The position numbers were made by a program, and so were the translations under genes. From positions 1 through 50,568 of the forward strand of contig CAXUUL010000036.1 of NCBI GenBank assembly GCA_964255285.1: 50,568 nt of DNA, read 5' to 3'. This stretch comes from Ionaspis alba. Taxonomy: Eukaryota. The notes under the pieces were generated by a model. That model saw only the letters and a list, made by a program, of their open reading frames with translations, ran no database searches and was not told the DNA's origin. Within the stretch, counting starts at the first letter, position 1. Each line of letters begins with the position of its first letter. Below, piece by piece: positions 49,274 to 50,568 of the stretch.

Positions 49274-50568
49274 GGTTTTTCTGGAACAATGGAGGCGCGG
49301 TAGCTTGCACTGGAAGAAGAAGGTAGGTGTCTCGGAGAAGGAGAAAGAGGGAGCGGAACGGCGGAGGAGAGGTGTAGAAGAGGGAAGGTGTGACGGCGTG
49401 TGGTTTTTGTTTGCAGTAGGGTAGGGTACGTTAGGGGAGAGAGCAGAAGGAAAGGAGGCAAGAAATTATTAGGGATTAATTATTATTAAAGAATGAAGAG
49501 GGCTTAGTAGTCGCACAACTGTGGCTTCATGGTTGGAGGTGTTTCGTGAAAAGAAGAAGATTAAGGAGTGGGAAGGAAGAAATTAAGTGTCGTTTGAGAA
49601 TGGGAGGCGGCGATGGGGGGAAAGATGGGAGAGGAGTGGCAGAAGTATAGAAGCAATTTCCAGCGGGCGCGCGCAATAAGAATCACAATCTGATTTTCTT
49701 CCTATTCTTTTTCTCATCAATCATACGCATCCATGTCAAGCCTAAATGATGACACTTCGCTTCCACACTACCGTGATTACAGGGGTGGCCTGGGTCTACG
49801 GGCTGTCTGTCATCTTCAAGTGTTTTGATATCCAGACTGTTGATATATGTAGAAGTCGCCTTGCTGTCTTGCTTTTAGCTCTACAAACTCTCTTGCCTGT
49901 GCCACAGCGATAACGTATCGAAAGACGTGGCTCCCCAACTCTTGATAGATGATGAAACCGATGACGAGTTGTGCCCTGTTGCCGTTCGTCGCAAGCATCC
50001 GAGACGAGAACCAGGGGCATTTCTATATCGTGAAAACGGACATCTCTCCGTTACAATGAGTATTCACGCAGTGTATTGTGCTCATACAATCTCTCAACGA
50101 CTTCTTCTTCTTGAGTATCCGATATTGAATGTATGATAATGGTTTACACTTCATCCGAGGCCTTTCTTCCTCCTAAGCACCGCCACTCGCCGCCTGCGGT
50201 GCTGCAAATTTCTCTCAGCCTCCAACGGCCACCTTGGCACTCATCTCCTCTCCACCCAATCAGCCCCAGCTCGCCAAGTGCCCCTAATGTTCCCTAAAGG
50301 CCGCCAATTCCGCCAGTGAGAACGATCGCGCCCCAGCTGACCTCTCCTTAACGTAAGCACTGCAGTAGCTCGGCCCGACAGGCGCATCGCGCTGCCATTA
50401 TTGCTGCCTCGAACTCCTCGATGCAACCGAACGAAAATTTTAAGATTGTTTTTACTGGGATCCGGGGTAAATTGATTCGTCGCCAGCTGAGATTTGTCGG
50501 ATGTACCGCAATACATGAAGAGGAAAATTTGGTGAGGAGACTGAGAAGTTTAGTGAGTGAGTGAGCGA

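Noticed and set aside
50160..50516. GC-richer coding-like stretch and 91-aa ORF at the window end
   Set aside because: No motif or consistent splice model; the other frames are interrupted by stops.
1..50568. rRNA, tRNA, snRNA, CRISPR arrays, intact transposons or a secondary-metabolite cluster
   Set aside because: No signature sequences, terminal repeats, transposase/RT domains or PKS/NRPS genes were seen by eye; small RNAs could still be missed without a covariance-model scan.

Overview
Gene-dense genomic DNA from a filamentous ascomycete (Pezizomycotina-type genes; short ~50-110 nt GT-AG introns with CTRAC/CTAAY branch points). About 20 protein-coding genes can be modelled by hand with ~47 introns. 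Housekeeping genes: SEC5, cullin-1, SRF1, mitochondrial K+/H+ exchange-related protein, LSH/DDM1/Irc5-type SNF2 helicase, END3, a KH-domain RNA-binding protein, a STYX-like phosphatase, a CCCH zinc-finger protein and a GT2 glycosyltransferase. Lineage-variable genes: a Pth11-like membrane protein, a cupin, an SRPK-like kinase, an 8-Cys small secreted protein, a HeLo-like-N/pseudo-patatin fusion and a secreted SGNH esterase with an unusual prodomain. The first gene (603-1816) is riddled with +1 insertions. There are two 100-N scaffold gaps; one is flanked by a 55-nt duplication and is probably false. I saw no rRNA, tRNA, intact transposon or CRISPR array. I cannot demonstrate a new biological system. 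The best leads are the 39-44.5 kb accessory block (catalytically dead patatin fused to an NLR-type N-terminal domain; propeptide-bearing esterase), the +1-insertion cluster, and a hairpin cluster at 19.75-20.03 kb. Family names come from motif recognition, not database searches.
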